Shown: positions 1-10,356, numbered from the stretch's first letter. The stretch is DNA of 64,000 bases from Deltaproteobacteria bacterium (GCA_046583355.1 JAYGCM010000045.1:1-64000); one strand, 5' to 3'. Notes: generated by a model not told the origin, from the sequence alone. Translations and numbers: made by a program.

Positions 1-876
1 ATCACGCCGGCGCTGATCGTCGGTGCCTTCGCCGAACGAATGAAATTCAGCGCCTTCCTGATCTTCTCCGTACTCTGGTCGATTCTGATTTACTCGCCCC
101 TCTGCCATTGGGTCTGGGGCCCCGGCGGCTGGCTCCTCGAAGCTGGGGATCTCGACTTCGCCGGCGGCACCGTCGTCCATATCTCTTCGGGCACCGCGGC
201 ATTGGTTGCGGCGCTGATGGTCGGCAAACGCATGGGCTACGGCCACGAGCCGATGCCACCCCATAATCTGCCCTTCACCGTCGCCGGTGCCGCCCTGCTC
301 TGGGTGGGCTGGTTCGGCTTCAATGCCGGCAGCGCGCTGGGCGCGAACGAGACCGCGGTACTCGCCTTCGTCAACACCAACACATCGGCAGCGGCCGGCA
401 CCGTCAGCTGGATCCTCATCGAATGGGCCACGCGCGGCAAGCCCACGGCGCTGGGCGCCGCCTCGGGCCTGGTCGCCGGACTGGTCGCGATCACTCCGGC
501 CTGCGGCTTCGTCTCGCCGATGGCTGCGCTGATCATCGGCCTGGCCGCCGGCATCATCTGCTTCTACGGCATCCGCCTCAAAGAAAAACTCGGCGCAGAC
601 GATGCCCTCGATGTCGTCGGCATCCACGGGCTCGGCGGCACCTGGGGCGCACTCGCCACCGGCATCTTCGCCATCGAGGCGCTGCCCAATCAGATCCTGA
701 TCCAGCTCGAAGGCGTGATCGTCACCATCGCCTGGGCGGGCTTCGGCGCCTATGTTCTACTCAAGCTCACGGACCTTCTGGTTGGCCTGCGAGTGGATGA
801 AGAGAGCGAACGGACCGGGCTCGACCTCAGCCAGCATAGCGAGCGCGGCTACGTGCTCGGCTCGACGGGCGACTAA
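1..876 (+). CDS. amtB: Ammonium transporter (5'-truncated by the window edge)
   Basis: Motifs DFAGGTVVHISSG, WFGFNAGSAL and DDALDVVGIHG. The frame is open from base 1, and a PII gene follows. Confidence 0.97.
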   Translation: MTPALIVGAFAERMKFSAFLIFSVLWSILIYSPLCHWVWGPGGWLLEAGDLDFAGGTVVHISSGTAALVAALMVGKRMGYGHEPMPPHNLPFTVAGAALLWVGWFGFNAGSALGANETAVLAFVNTNTSAAAGTVSWILIEWATRGKPTALGAASGLVAGLVAITPACGFVSPMAALIIGLAAGIICFYGIRLKEKLGADDALDVVGIHGLGGTWGALATGIFAIEALPNQILIQLEGVIVTIAWAGFGAYVLLKLTDLLVGLRVDEESERTGLDLSQHSERGYVLGSTGD

Positions 877-949
877 GGCGCGTCTTGCGGATTCAACTCG
901 CAGATTCAACTCAGCTCTCGGCGCTTGCCGAGGGCCGCGGGCCTGATAG

Positions 950-1315
<366 letters not shown>

Positions 1316-1327
1316 CCCAGCACGCGT

Positions 1328-2743
1328 ATGACTCCCAAGGAAGCGATCGCGTTTGCAAAGGAGAAGGGTGCCGTCTGTTGCGACATCCGTTTCCAGGATT
1401 TCCTCGGCACCTGGCAGCATTTCACGGTGCCGATGAGCGAATTCCACGAAGAATTGCTCGAAGAGGGCAGCGGCTTCGATGGTAGCTCGATCCGCGGCTG
1501 GCAGCCGATCCACGCCTCCGACATGCTCGTCGTCCCCGACCCGACGACGATCTGCATGGACCCCTTCACGGAAGAGAAAACCGTCGTCCTGATCGGCAAT
1601 ATCGTCGACCCGATCACCAAGGACGAGTACTCCCGTGATCCGCGCTATGTCGCGCGCAAGGCGCATGCCTATCTCAACTCGACCGGCATCGGCGATACCG
1701 CCTATTTCGGCCCCGAGCCTGAGTTTTTCATACTCGACCATGTGCGCTTCAACGTCGCGCAGAACGAGAGCTACTTCCATATCGACTCGCGCGAGGCGGC
1801 GTGGAACTCGGGAAGCTCCGAGTTCGAAAACAACCTCGGCTACAAGGTGCGCAACAAGGAAGGCTACTTCCCGACGCCGCCCACCGATACCATGCAGGAT
1901 ATCCGCACCGAGATGTGCCGCTGCATGGAGAGCGTCGGCATCATCGTAGAGAAGCACCACCACGAGGTCGCGACCGCCGGCCAGGCCGAGATCGATATGC
2001 GCTTCGCGCCGATGCTGCAGATGGCCGACCAACTGGTCTGGTTCAAATATATCGTCAAGAACGTGGCGCGCCGCCACGGTATGACCGCGACGTTCATGCC
2101 CAAGCCGATCTTCGGCGACAATGGCACCGGCATGCATGTCCACCAATCCATCTGGAAGAACGGCAAACCGCTTTTCTCGGGCGATGGCTACGGCGGCATG
2201 TCCGAGATGGCGATGCATTATATCGGCGGCATCCTGAAACACGCCCCAGCCCTCGCCGCGATCACCAACCCGACGATCAACTCCTACCGCCGTCTGGTGC
2301 CGGGTTTTGAAGCACCCGTGAACCTCGCCTACTCTTCGCGCAACCGCTCGGCCGCCGTGCGTATCCCCATGTACTCGCCCTCGCCCAAGGCCAAGCGCAT
2401 CGAGGTTCGCTTCCCCGACCCCTCCTGCAACGGCTACCTGGCGTTCGCCGCCATGCTGATGGCCGGCCTGGACGGAATCCAGAAGAAGATCGATCCGAAA
2501 CTGCCGCTCGACAAGGATATCTACGCGCTCACACCCGAAGAACTCAAGGATGTCCCGTCGCTACCAGCTTCACTCGATGATGCCCTCGATGCACTGGCCG
2601 CCGACCATGAATTCCTGCTGGTGGGCGATGTGTTCACCGATGACGTCGTTGCCACCTGGATCGAGTACAAGCGTACGCACGAGATCAACGAGATGCGGCT
2701 GCGCCCCCACCCCTACGAGTTCGAACTCTACTACGACGTTTGA
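1328..2743 (+). CDS. glnA: Glutamine synthetase type I
   Basis: [59 protein letters not shown]-terminus [12 protein letters not shown]. Confidence 0.98.
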   Translation: MTPKEAIAFAKEKGAVCCDIRFQDFLGTWQHFTVPMSEFHEELLEEGSGFDGSSIRGWQPIHASDMLVVPDPTTICMDPFTEEKTVVLIGNIVDPITKDEYSRDPRYVARKAHAYLNSTGIGDTAYFGPEPEFFILDHVRFNVAQNESYFHIDSREAAWNSGSSEFENNLGYKVRNKEGYFPTPPTDTMQDIRTEMCRCMESVGIIVEKHHHEVATAGQAEIDMRFAPMLQMADQLVWFKYIVKNVARRHGMTATFMPKPIFGDNGTGMHVHQSIWKNGKPLFSGDGYGGMSEMAMHYIGGILKHAPALAAITNPTINSYRRLVPGFEAPVNLAYSSRNRSAAVRIPMYSPSPKAKRIEVRFPDPSCNGYLAFAAMLMAGLDGIQKKIDPKLPLDKDIYALTPEELKDVPSLPASLDDALDALAADHEFLLVGDVFTDDVVATWIEYKRTHEINEMRLRPHPYEFELYYDV

Positions 2744-2772
2744 GTCCGGCGCACCTGGCCGGCAAGACTCGC

Positions 2773-5565
2773 TCACGCAACCTGGATTCCCAGATCTTTG
2801 ATGCTGCGGTTCAGGTTCGATCGATGTACGCCGAGCAATTCGGCGGCGCGGGCCTGATTGCCGCCACTCTCGACCAGCGCGGTCTCGATCAGAAGCCGCT
2901 TGTGGCGCTGCAGAAGCTCTTTCATCGGGACCGACCCCAGCTCGGGAATCCCGCCGCCGGCCGACGCGAATGCCGGCGCAGCGGCAGCGGCAACTCCAGA
3001 AGCCCTGCCCCGGATGGGGCGCGAGGCCGCGGCCTTGGACAGGGGCCCGGGCAAACGCAACACGGAGCCCTCACTCATCACCATTGCGCGCTCGATTGTA
3101 TTGCGCAGCTCACGCACATTGCCCGGCCAACTATAAGCCTGCAATTCCTCGATGGTGGCCGCCGCAATCTCGGTGATATCCTCGCGGCCCATCGATTTTG
3201 CCGACGCCCTTACAAAATATTCCGCCAGGTCGGGGATATCCCCGATACGATCGCGTAGGGGCGGCAGGTGTACCGGCACCACATTGAGGCGATAATAGAG
3301 ATCCTCGCGAAAACGTCCCGCCCGCACATCTGCCAGTAGATCCCGATTGGTGGCCGAGACGATACGCACATCCACGTGACGCACCTCATTACTACCGAGA
3401 CGTTGGATCTCACCCTCCTGAAGCACGCGCAGGAGCTTGGCCTGAATGCCGAGCGGAAGCGTGTCGACGTCGTCGAAAAAGAGCATCCCGCCGTCGGCCA
3501 CCTCGAAGCGGCCGATGCGGCGTTCATCAGCACCCGTGAAAGCGCCGCGTTCATGGCCGAAAAGTTCACTCTCGAGCAGGGCTTCGGGAAGAGCCGCACA
3601 TGCCATCATAATCAAAACCTGATTCGAGCGATCACTATGGCGGTGCAGCATCCGCACGGCGAGTTCCTTGCCGGTTCCGGTCTCCCCGATAATCATGACC
3701 GATGCTGCCGTCGGCGCGACCTGCTGGATCTGCCGCACGGCCTCGCGCAACGCCGAACTGCGGCCGATCATTCCTCCCATTTCCGGGGCGCCGATGGCTC
3801 CGGCGCGCAGGAAGCGATTCTCTCTCTCAAGCCGATCCCGCAATTCCTGCACTTCATCCCAGGCCCGCGAGTTCTCGAAGGCTACGCCGGCGGCCGAGTT
3901 CAGCATCTCGACCAACGACACATCGGCCACCGAATACGGCACGCCCTCACGACGTGGCCCGCAGAGCACGGCCCCGGCAAAGCCCGGCTGCGGCGGCAAG
4001 GCGACCACCAGCGCTACGCCCAGGACGCTTGCCTCCAGCACGGCGTCGCGCTGCGGATCCGCCGCAGGAGAGCCGATTTGCGTGCTCAGACTGGTGCCGC
4101 CGCAGATCATGCCATGCAGCGGATCACCCACACCAATGCGGATCCGGCCGGGGCGTCCGCCCACCTCGGTGAGCGTTTGATCCGGCTTGCCGATGACGAA
4201 GCGAACCCAGCTGCAACCCAATGCTTCCCCGATGGTCACCTCGAGGTATTGTGCGAGCCCGGCCGCGTCGCGCAGGCGCGAGACCTCGCGCACCGCCTCC
4301 TCCAGCGCAAGGCGAGCGCGCTGCTTTTCGGGCAGCAGAACGGTCTCGAGAAGCCCCTCGATGCGGGCAAAGGCAGGCGGCCAGACGGATAGGACAGTCA
4401 GCAGCACACCGCCCAACGCGACCGTCAGGCCCCAAGCCACCGCCGTATCCACCACGATCTCGAAGAGCGCGAAGACGACGAAAGTAGCCGACATCACCGC
4501 CAGAAGCAGCGAGACACGACCGGCCAGACGCCGGACCGCGGCATCGAAGCCGAAGAGATCGTAGCGCAGCACCCCCACACCCATGCTGGCCGAAAAAATC
4601 AGCGCCGGTGCATAATAGACCAAGGGTTCGAGATAAAAGGGGGTGATCCGTGTATTCACAAGGCCGAGCAACAGACTCGCCAGAGTAAAGATCAGCAGGC
4701 CCGGAAGAATCAGCCGGGACTGGCGCTGCAAAGCAACGTCTGGGTGGCGCCACGCGACCAAAGCAAGGTTCAGCGCGACGCCGGCCGTGGCCAGAACGAG
4801 GCCGGCGAGGAAGATGCCCTGACCAATCAGGTAGTGTTCGGAACTACTGTGGCCCAGCCATGCGATCGCAGCCGCCAGCAGCGCGGATCCCAGCCAGATA
4901 CTAATGAGAGTCGGTCTCGGATAGCGCCGCAGCGGCCAACGAACGACCGGGAAAACCAGCGCGAAATTACAGGCACCCGCCAGACCGAGCCACCCGTATA
5001 CAGAGGTCCACCACCCGAGCCTATACGAGAGAAACGTCGCCGGCAGGGCAAAGCAGAATTGCGCCGTGATCCCCAACGCCACGACGAAGAGCGCCCGCGT
5101 CGCCGGCAGGTCCGGCCGCGCGAAGAGTGGAACACTGAGCGTCGCCAGAAAGATCACCCCGATCGCCAGAAGCGGCGCCCAGACGCGCAGGCCCACACCC
5201 TGATCAAAAATCTGCGTCCGCACCCGATAGGAGCGCCAATCCCCGTTCGGAGACTCGAACTCATAATCCAATGGGGTACCCAGCGGGACGGCGGCAGCAA
5301 TTGCGTAGGCTTCGGAGCCCGAGTAGACCGGCGTGCCAGAGATCGCGACCAGGCGAAAGCCCGGCGAGAGGCCCGGCAGATCGTCGAAGACCGCAGGCGA
5401 AGCCAAGGCCCGCATCCCCACCACGCCATTCTCCATGATCGGGAAACCCGGCCAGGCCTTGCCCATAAATCCGAATATCGACGCGTAACTGGTGAAGAGT
5501 ACGGCCGCCGATAGGACCAATCCCAAGGCCGCCAAACGGCGGATTATGCGAGAAGTAAGTTGCAT
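2773..5565 (-). CDS. Membrane-anchored sigma54 enhancer-binding protein (extracytoplasmic PDZ-like segment, multi-TM region, GAF-like region, AAA+, Fis HTH)
   Basis: GETGTGKE, ESELFGHERGAFTGA, FREDLYYRLNV, WPGNVRELRN and HTH GNQARAAELLG. The N-terminal half is hydrophobic. Start taken at ATG 5565 (the ORF track extends to 5616). Confidence 0.92.
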   Translation of the reverse strand: MQLTSRIIRRLAALGLVLSAAVLFTSYASIFGFMGKAWPGFPIMENGVVGMRALASPAVFDDLPGLSPGFRLVAISGTPVYSGSEAYAIAAAVPLGTPLDYEFESPNGDWRSYRVRTQIFDQGVGLRVWAPLLAIGVIFLATLSVPLFARPDLPATRALFVVALGITAQFCFALPATFLSYRLGWWTSVYGWLGLAGACNFALVFPVVRWPLRRYPRPTLISIWLGSALLAAAIAWLGHSSSEHYLIGQGIFLAGLVLATAGVALNLALVAWRHPDVALQRQSRLILPGLLIFTLASLLLGLVNTRITPFYLEPLVYYAPALIFSASMGVGVLRYDLFGFDAAVRRLAGRVSLLLAVMSATFVVFALFEIVVDTAVAWGLTVALGGVLLTVLSVWPPAFARIEGLLETVLLPEKQRARLALEEAVREVSRLRDAAGLAQYLEVTIGEALGCSWVRFVIGKPDQTLTEVGGRPGRIRIGVGDPLHGMICGGTSLSTQIGSPAADPQRDAVLEASVLGVALVVALPPQPGFAGAVLCGPRREGVPYSVADVSLVEMLNSAAGVAFENSRAWDEVQELRDRLERENRFLRAGAIGAPEMGGMIGRSSALREAVRQIQQVAPTAASVMIIGETGTGKELAVRMLHRHSDRSNQVLIMMACAALPEALLESELFGHERGAFTGADERRIGRFEVADGGMLFFDDVDTLPLGIQAKLLRVLQEGEIQRLGSNEVRHVDVRIVSATNRDLLADVRAGRFREDLYYRLNVVPVHLPPLRDRIGDIPDLAEYFVRASAKSMGREDITEIAAATIEELQAYSWPGNVRELRNTIERAMVMSEGSVLRLPGPLSKAAASRPIRGRASGVAAAAAPAFASAGGGIPELGSVPMKELLQRHKRLLIETALVESGGNQARAAELLGVHRSNLNRSIKDLGIQVA

Positions 5566-5828
5566 CGGCTGCTCAAGAGGGCGGCAAAGCCTCCTGCTCC
5601 CAAGGAACCATCCCACAGACAGTAGGCGGTGCGCAAGCGCAAGAGAGCCGCGTTGTCATTTTCGCACTGTGGGGTTTCCAGATTGCGAACTTCGAGTCGG
5701 AGTATCTTTCCGACTACGCAGCCGCCGCTGGCTCGCGACACCCCTCCATCCTGGGAAAACAGCAAATTCTACAATGACTCAAAGGGTTTTCGAACCAGCG
5801 CCGACTCCACTCAAAGGGCAATCCCAGG

Positions 5829-5844
5829 TGGCACGCCTCATGCT
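5829..5844 (+). promoter_or_regulatory. sigma54 (-24/-12) promoter, divergent from the activator gene
   Basis: TGGCACGCCTCATGCT fits GG-N10-GC. The palindrome AGTCGGA-N7-TCCGACT at 5695-5715 is at UAS-like distance, with an AT-rich IHF-like stretch at about 5765-5790. Confidence 0.7.
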
Positions 5845-5854
5845 GACTACTCAC

Positions 5855-5965
5855 TCCAGATTCAGAAGAGTTTTGGCAATGGTCCTTCGCTCCAGTCATA
5901 TGGGGGCGCGGGGTGTTGGGCCGTCGGGAGAGGCCGGAGACGTGAAAGCGTCTCCGGCTTTTCTT
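5855..5965 (+). ncRNA. Candidate sigma54-dependent small RNA (~110 nt)
   Basis: Bounded by the sigma54 motif and an intrinsic terminator, with no credible ORF between them. Inference only. Confidence 0.4.
5931..5965 (+). terminator. Rho-independent terminator
   Basis: GCCGGAGACG-TGAAAG-CGTCTCCGGC, a perfect 10-bp stem with a GAAA loop, followed by TTTTCTT. Confidence 0.75.
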
Positions 5966-6125
5966 GGTTTGGTGCCAGACCTCATAGCTTGGCTATCACG
6001 CCGAACTTTTCGTCGATTCCCTCTTCCCTCACGCGATGGCGCCCTGATAGGTTGCCCCCATTCCAACCTACCGCCCGGATCGCCTTCGCGGCCGAGCCCC
6101 AACCCCGATTCGGAGCCCCCCGACC

Positions 6126-6209
6126 ATGCTCACCGCCCAACTCCTCAGGCCTTTCCTCATAGCTGCATCGATCCTCGCCCTCGGCGTCCTTGAAGTCCTC
6201 GCGGGCTAG
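6126..6209 (+). CDS. Putative 27-aa single-TM microprotein (MLTAQLLRPFLIAASILALGVLEVLAG)
   Basis: ATG at 6126 with GGAG about 10 nt upstream, TAG at 6207-6209. One hydrophobic helix. Below the ORF-track cutoff. Confidence 0.45.
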   Translation: MLTAQLLRPFLIAASILALGVLEVLAG

Positions 6210-6243
6210 ACCCCGGCCGGGCCTGTAGTAGCCCGCACCGCGC

Positions 6244-7857
6244 CTAAACGATCTGCACCTTCAGTTCGCCGGCCTCGTGGCGGGCGCGCAATACCTTTTT
6301 GTCGAATTTGCCTACGCTCGTCTTGGGCACCTCGGCGATGAAGGCCCAGCGCTCCGGCAGCCACCATTTCGCGACCCGCCCGCTGAGAAAATCCTTGAAC
6401 TCGGCCGCGCTCGTGGTCGCGCCCTCACGCAACACCACACAGGCCAGCGGGCGTTCGTCCCAACGCTCGTCGGGTACGGCAACCACAGCGGCCTCGATGA
6501 CCGCCTCATGTGCCATGATCTCGTTTTCCAATTCCACCGACGAGATCCACTCGCCGCCCGATTTGATGACATCCTTGGCGCGGTCGGTAATCTGCACGAA
6601 GCCCTTCGCATCGACATTGCCGACATCGCCCGTGCGCAGCCAGCCGTCCTGAAATTTATCGTCCGATGCCTCCTTATAATACGAGCCCGTGATCCAAGGG
6701 CCGCGGATCTGCATCTCGCCGAAGGCCGCACCATCCCACGGCAGCGGCTCGCCCGCGTCATCCACGATGCGCAACTCCACGCCGGCGAAGATGCGGCCCG
6801 TTTTGGTGCGCCACTCGAGTTCGTCGGCCGGTGCCGTGCCGCGCGGTGGGTGCGCAATCGCGCCCAATGGGCTGGTCTCGGTCATGCCCCAGGCCTGAAT
6901 AAGCCGGACGCCGTATTTCTCCTCAAGCTTCTCCATCAGCACCCGCGGCACGGCCGAGCCGCCGCAGACCACCATACGCAACGAGGAGAGTTCCAATTCG
7001 TGGGTCTCGCCGAAGCGCAGGATATCGTTCCAGACCGTCGGCACGGCGCCCGAGAAGGTCGGCTTCTCCTCGGCGATCAGACGCGTCAGCGGCTCGGCCT
7101 GCAAATGGCGCTCCGGCAGGATGAAATCCGCGCCGCTCATCCAGGCCGAGTGCGGCAAGCCCCACGCATTGGCGTGGAACATCGGCACGATCATCAGCAC
7201 CCGATCGAGTTCGGAGAGCGAAAAGGCATTGCCCGAAAGCGACGCCATCGCATGCAGCACACTCGATCGGTGGCTGTAGACGACCCCCTTGGGGTTGCCT
7301 GTCGTGCCGCTCGTATAGCACATGGCAGCAGCCTGACGTTCGTCGATCTCCGGCCACTCGTACTCGCCTGACTCCGCCGCCAGCAATTCCTCGTAGGCCA
7401 GGGTCTCACCCAGCGCCGAGCCATCGCCTTGGCCGATGAGAATGAACTTCGGCTTCGACGCAAGGTCGCCGACAATCGCCGCGAGCAGCGGCACGAGGGA
7501 ATCGTCGACCAGAATGACGTCGTCCTCGGCGTGGTCGATCACGTAGGCCAGCTGTTCCGGGAAGAGCCGGATATTCAGCGTATGGAGCACCGCACCCATG
7601 CAGGGGACGGCGAAATAGGCCTCGAGATGTTCCTGGTCGTTCCACATGAAGGTGGCGACGCGGTCACCGGGCTTGACGCCGAGTCGCTCGAGCGCCTGCG
7701 CGAGTTTGCGCGCCCGCAATTCAACCTCGGCAAAGGTCGCGCGGCGGGTCGAGTCGCCATGGAAGGTGACCACCTCGGCGTCGGCGTATACGGTCGCGCC
7801 GTGGCGCAAGATTTCGGTGATCGCCAGCGGGCGATCCTGCATTGTACTCAGCATCAT
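6244..7857 (-). CDS. Fatty-acid--CoA ligase (AMP-binding; AlkK/DmdB-like)
   Basis: YTSGTTGNPKGV, QAWGMTETSP, GWLRTGD, DRAKDVIKSGGEWISS, PKTSVGKFDKK. True start at MMLSTMQD. Confidence 0.92.
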   Translation of the reverse strand: MMLSTMQDRPLAITEILRHGATVYADAEVVTFHGDSTRRATFAEVELRARKLAQALERLGVKPGDRVATFMWNDQEHLEAYFAVPCMGAVLHTLNIRLFPEQLAYVIDHAEDDVILVDDSLVPLLAAIVGDLASKPKFILIGQGDGSALGETLAYEELLAAESGEYEWPEIDERQAAAMCYTSGTTGNPKGVVYSHRSSVLHAMASLSGNAFSLSELDRVLMIVPMFHANAWGLPHSAWMSGADFILPERHLQAEPLTRLIAEEKPTFSGAVPTVWNDILRFGETHELELSSLRMVVCGGSAVPRVLMEKLEEKYGVRLIQAWGMTETSPLGAIAHPPRGTAPADELEWRTKTGRIFAGVELRIVDDAGEPLPWDGAAFGEMQIRGPWITGSYYKEASDDKFQDGWLRTGDVGNVDAKGFVQITDRAKDVIKSGGEWISSVELENEIMAHEAVIEAAVVAVPDERWDERPLACVVLREGATTSAAEFKDFLSGRVAKWWLPERWAFIAEVPKTSVGKFDKKVLRARHEAGELKVQIV

Positions 7858-7983
7858 AGGCGGACTCTGCCGAAGATGGCCACGGCCCGCAAAGGGCGGC
7901 CCCGGCAGCCTGGGCAAGAGCCGCAATTGACCTGGCCGGCCGCATTCTGCAAATTGCCAGTACCGCCGACGTGGCGCCGCATC

Positions 7984-10356
7984 ATGCCGACTCGCAGCAA
8001 AATACCTCGCCATCCGACAACCTCTCAGGACAGCCCCTATACGAGGTTGGAAATTCCTCTGGTCCTGCCCGATTGCGACGACCAACATTGCGTAGAGGAC
8101 CTGCTCGGCCGAATCGCGGGGCTCCGCGGCATCACCGAGGCGCATATCGACCGCAACGAGGGCGAGACCCACCTCTGCCTCCATTACGACCCGGGCCAGG
8201 TCGCCTTGGCGCAAGTGGAGCGACTCGCGCGCGACGCCGGCGCCGCCGTCCACCAGCGCTTCAAGCACGAATCGCTACGCATCCCGGACATGGATTGTGG
8301 CGATTGCGCGCAGAGTATCGAACATGTCGTGCGGCGCGCGACCGGCGTGATCTCGGTTTCCGTGAGCTACCCCGCCGAGCGCATGCGGGTCGAATACGAT
8401 TCCGAGGCAACCACCCGCAGCGAGATCATCCGCCAGATCGTCTCGATGGGCTATTCCCCCCAAGCGGAAAATGAGCCGCCGCAGAACTGGCTGCAGGCGC
8501 ATGACGAGCTCGCCCGGTCCGTGCTCTCGGGTCTGCTGCTCGCCAGCGGCGTTGCCGTGGCGGCCCTGACCGATAGCTTCGCCCTGGCCCTGCCTCTCTA
8601 CCTGCTCGCCTACCTGGCGGGCGGCTACGATATTGCCCGGCATGGGCTCAAGGCTCTGGCCCGCGGCTCGTTCACAATCGACCTCCTGATGACGGTCGCG
8701 GCGGTCGGCGCGGCCGCCTTGGGCGAATGGGCCGAGGGTGGGCTGCTGCTCTTCCTTTTCAGCCTCGGCCACGCGCTCGAAGAAGAGGCCATGGACCGAG
8801 CGCGCCATGCCATCCGGGGACTCGGTGAACTCAGCCCGAAGACCGCCCGCGTACGCCGCGGCGAGACTACCGTCGAGATCCCGATTGAAGAAATCGAACG
8901 CGGCGATATCGCCCTGGTCCGCCCCGGCGAGCGCGTGCCGGTCGACGGCCTCATCCAGGAAGGCACCTCCAGCGTCGATGCCAGCGCACTTACGGGCGAG
9001 AGCCTGCCGGTCGAATGCGGCCCCGGCGATACCGTCCTGGCGGGTGCGATCAACGGCGCCGGCGTGATCGCGGTTACCGCAACCAAGCTGGCGTCCGAGT
9101 CCACCTTGGCGCGTGTCGTCGAATTGGTCCGCGAAGCGCAAACGCAAAAATCGCCGACGCAGCTCTTTGTCGAACGGTTTGCCCGCTTCTTCGTACCCGC
9201 CACGCTCAGTGCGGTCGCGTTGGTGCTGGTCGTGCCGCCGCTTGCCGGCTGGCTCGATTGGCGCGAGGCCTTCCTGCGCTCCATGTCGCTGCTGGTCGGT
9301 GCCTCGCCCTGCGCACTGGCGATCGCGACTCCGGCGGCTGTCCTCTCGGCAATCGCTTCGGCGGCGCGGCGGGGAATTCTAGTCAAGGGCGGACTTCACC
9401 TGGAGAACCTCGGCCGGATCCGCGCTATCGCCTTCGACAAAACCGGCACGCTCACGCGCGGCCGGCCCAGCGTCGCCGAGGTCCATCCTCTGGCGGGAAC
9501 CGACACCGCTGAGTTGCTGCGTATTGCGGCGGCGGCCGAGGAACTCTCCAACCACCCACTCGCCCACGCGATCGTCGAAGAAGCACGCAACCGTGGCCTC
9601 GAATGGCCCACCGCCAACGACGCCGAAAATATTGTCGGCCGGGGGATCCGCGCCCGCGTTGCGGGCAAGGAGGTGCGGGTCGGCAGCACGAGCCTCTTTG
9701 CTCTGGCCGACCTGCAATTACCCGAGGAGCTCCGCGCGGTCTGTGAAAAAATGGAGCTTGCTGGTCGCACCACCATGTTGGTCCATTACGACGGCCACTT
9801 CCTCGGCGCCCTCGGCCTGGCCGATACCGAACGCCCGGAGGCACCCGCCGTGCTCGCGCGGCTGCGGCAACTCGGCATCGAGCGGATGGTCTTGCTCACT
9901 GGCGACAACGAACGTGTCGGCCAGGCCGTCGCCGACCGCCTGCAACTCGACGAAGCACGCACGGGCCTGCTGCCCGAGGACAAGCTCGAAGCCGTCCGCG
10001 AATTGCTCGAGGAGATCGGGCCGATTGCCATGGTGGGCGACGGTGTCAACGACGCACCGGCGCTGGCGACGGCGACTGTCGGCATTGCCATGGGGGCAGC
10101 AGGCACCGATATCGCACTCGAAACCGCCGATATCGCGCTGATGGCCGACGATCTCGAGGCCCTTCCCGCGGCCATCGAGTTGGGCCGGCGCACGCGCCGG
10201 ATCGTCGCGCAGAACCTGGTCGTCGCACTCGGTGTCGTCGCTCTATTGGTACCCTTGGCGATTACCGGCAGCGTCGGGATCGGCTGGGCCATCGTTCTCC
10301 ACGAGGGCAGCACCCTTGTCGTGGTCGGCAATGCCTTGCGCCTCCTGCGCGCGTAA
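7984..10356 (+). CDS. Heavy-metal P1B-type ATPase, P1B-4 subclass (CzcP-like)
   Basis: TGES, SPC in the metal-binding helix, DKTGTLT, HP, GDGVNDAP, HEGST. N-terminal HMA-like domains. Start at MPTRSK. Confidence 0.93.
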   Translation: MPTRSKIPRHPTTSQDSPYTRLEIPLVLPDCDDQHCVEDLLGRIAGLRGITEAHIDRNEGETHLCLHYDPGQVALAQVERLARDAGAAVHQRFKHESLRIPDMDCGDCAQSIEHVVRRATGVISVSVSYPAERMRVEYDSEATTRSEIIRQIVSMGYSPQAENEPPQNWLQAHDELARSVLSGLLLASGVAVAALTDSFALALPLYLLAYLAGGYDIARHGLKALARGSFTIDLLMTVAAVGAAALGEWAEGGLLLFLFSLGHALEEEAMDRARHAIRGLGELSPKTARVRRGETTVEIPIEEIERGDIALVRPGERVPVDGLIQEGTSSVDASALTGESLPVECGPGDTVLAGAINGAGVIAVTATKLASESTLARVVELVREAQTQKSPTQLFVERFARFFVPATLSAVALVLVVPPLAGWLDWREAFLRSMSLLVGASPCALAIATPAAVLSAIASAARRGILVKGGLHLENLGRIRAIAFDKTGTLTRGRPSVAEVHPLAGTDTAELLRIAAAAEELSNHPLAHAIVEEARNRGLEWPTANDAENIVGRGIRARVAGKEVRVGSTSLFALADLQLPEELRAVCEKMELAGRTTMLVHYDGHFLGALGLADTERPEAPAVLARLRQLGIERMVLLTGDNERVGQAVADRLQLDEARTGLLPEDKLEAVRELLEEIGPIAMVGDGVNDAPALATATVGIAMGAAGTDIALETADIALMADDLEALPAAIELGRRTRRIVAQNLVVALGVVALLVPLAITGSVGIGWAIVLHEGSTLVVVGNALRLLRA

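Noticed and set aside
5492..6193. 233-aa and 177-aa plus-strand ORFs in the intergenic region
   Set aside because: Pro/Arg/Ser-rich with atypical codons, and they run through a promoter motif and a terminator.
7429..8268. Apparent overlap between the 674-aa ligase and 975-aa ATPase ORFs
   Set aside because: Artefact of longest-ORF starts. Credible starts at 7857 (-) and 7984 (+) leave a normal divergent gap. The same applies to pgm/S9 at 50883-51285.
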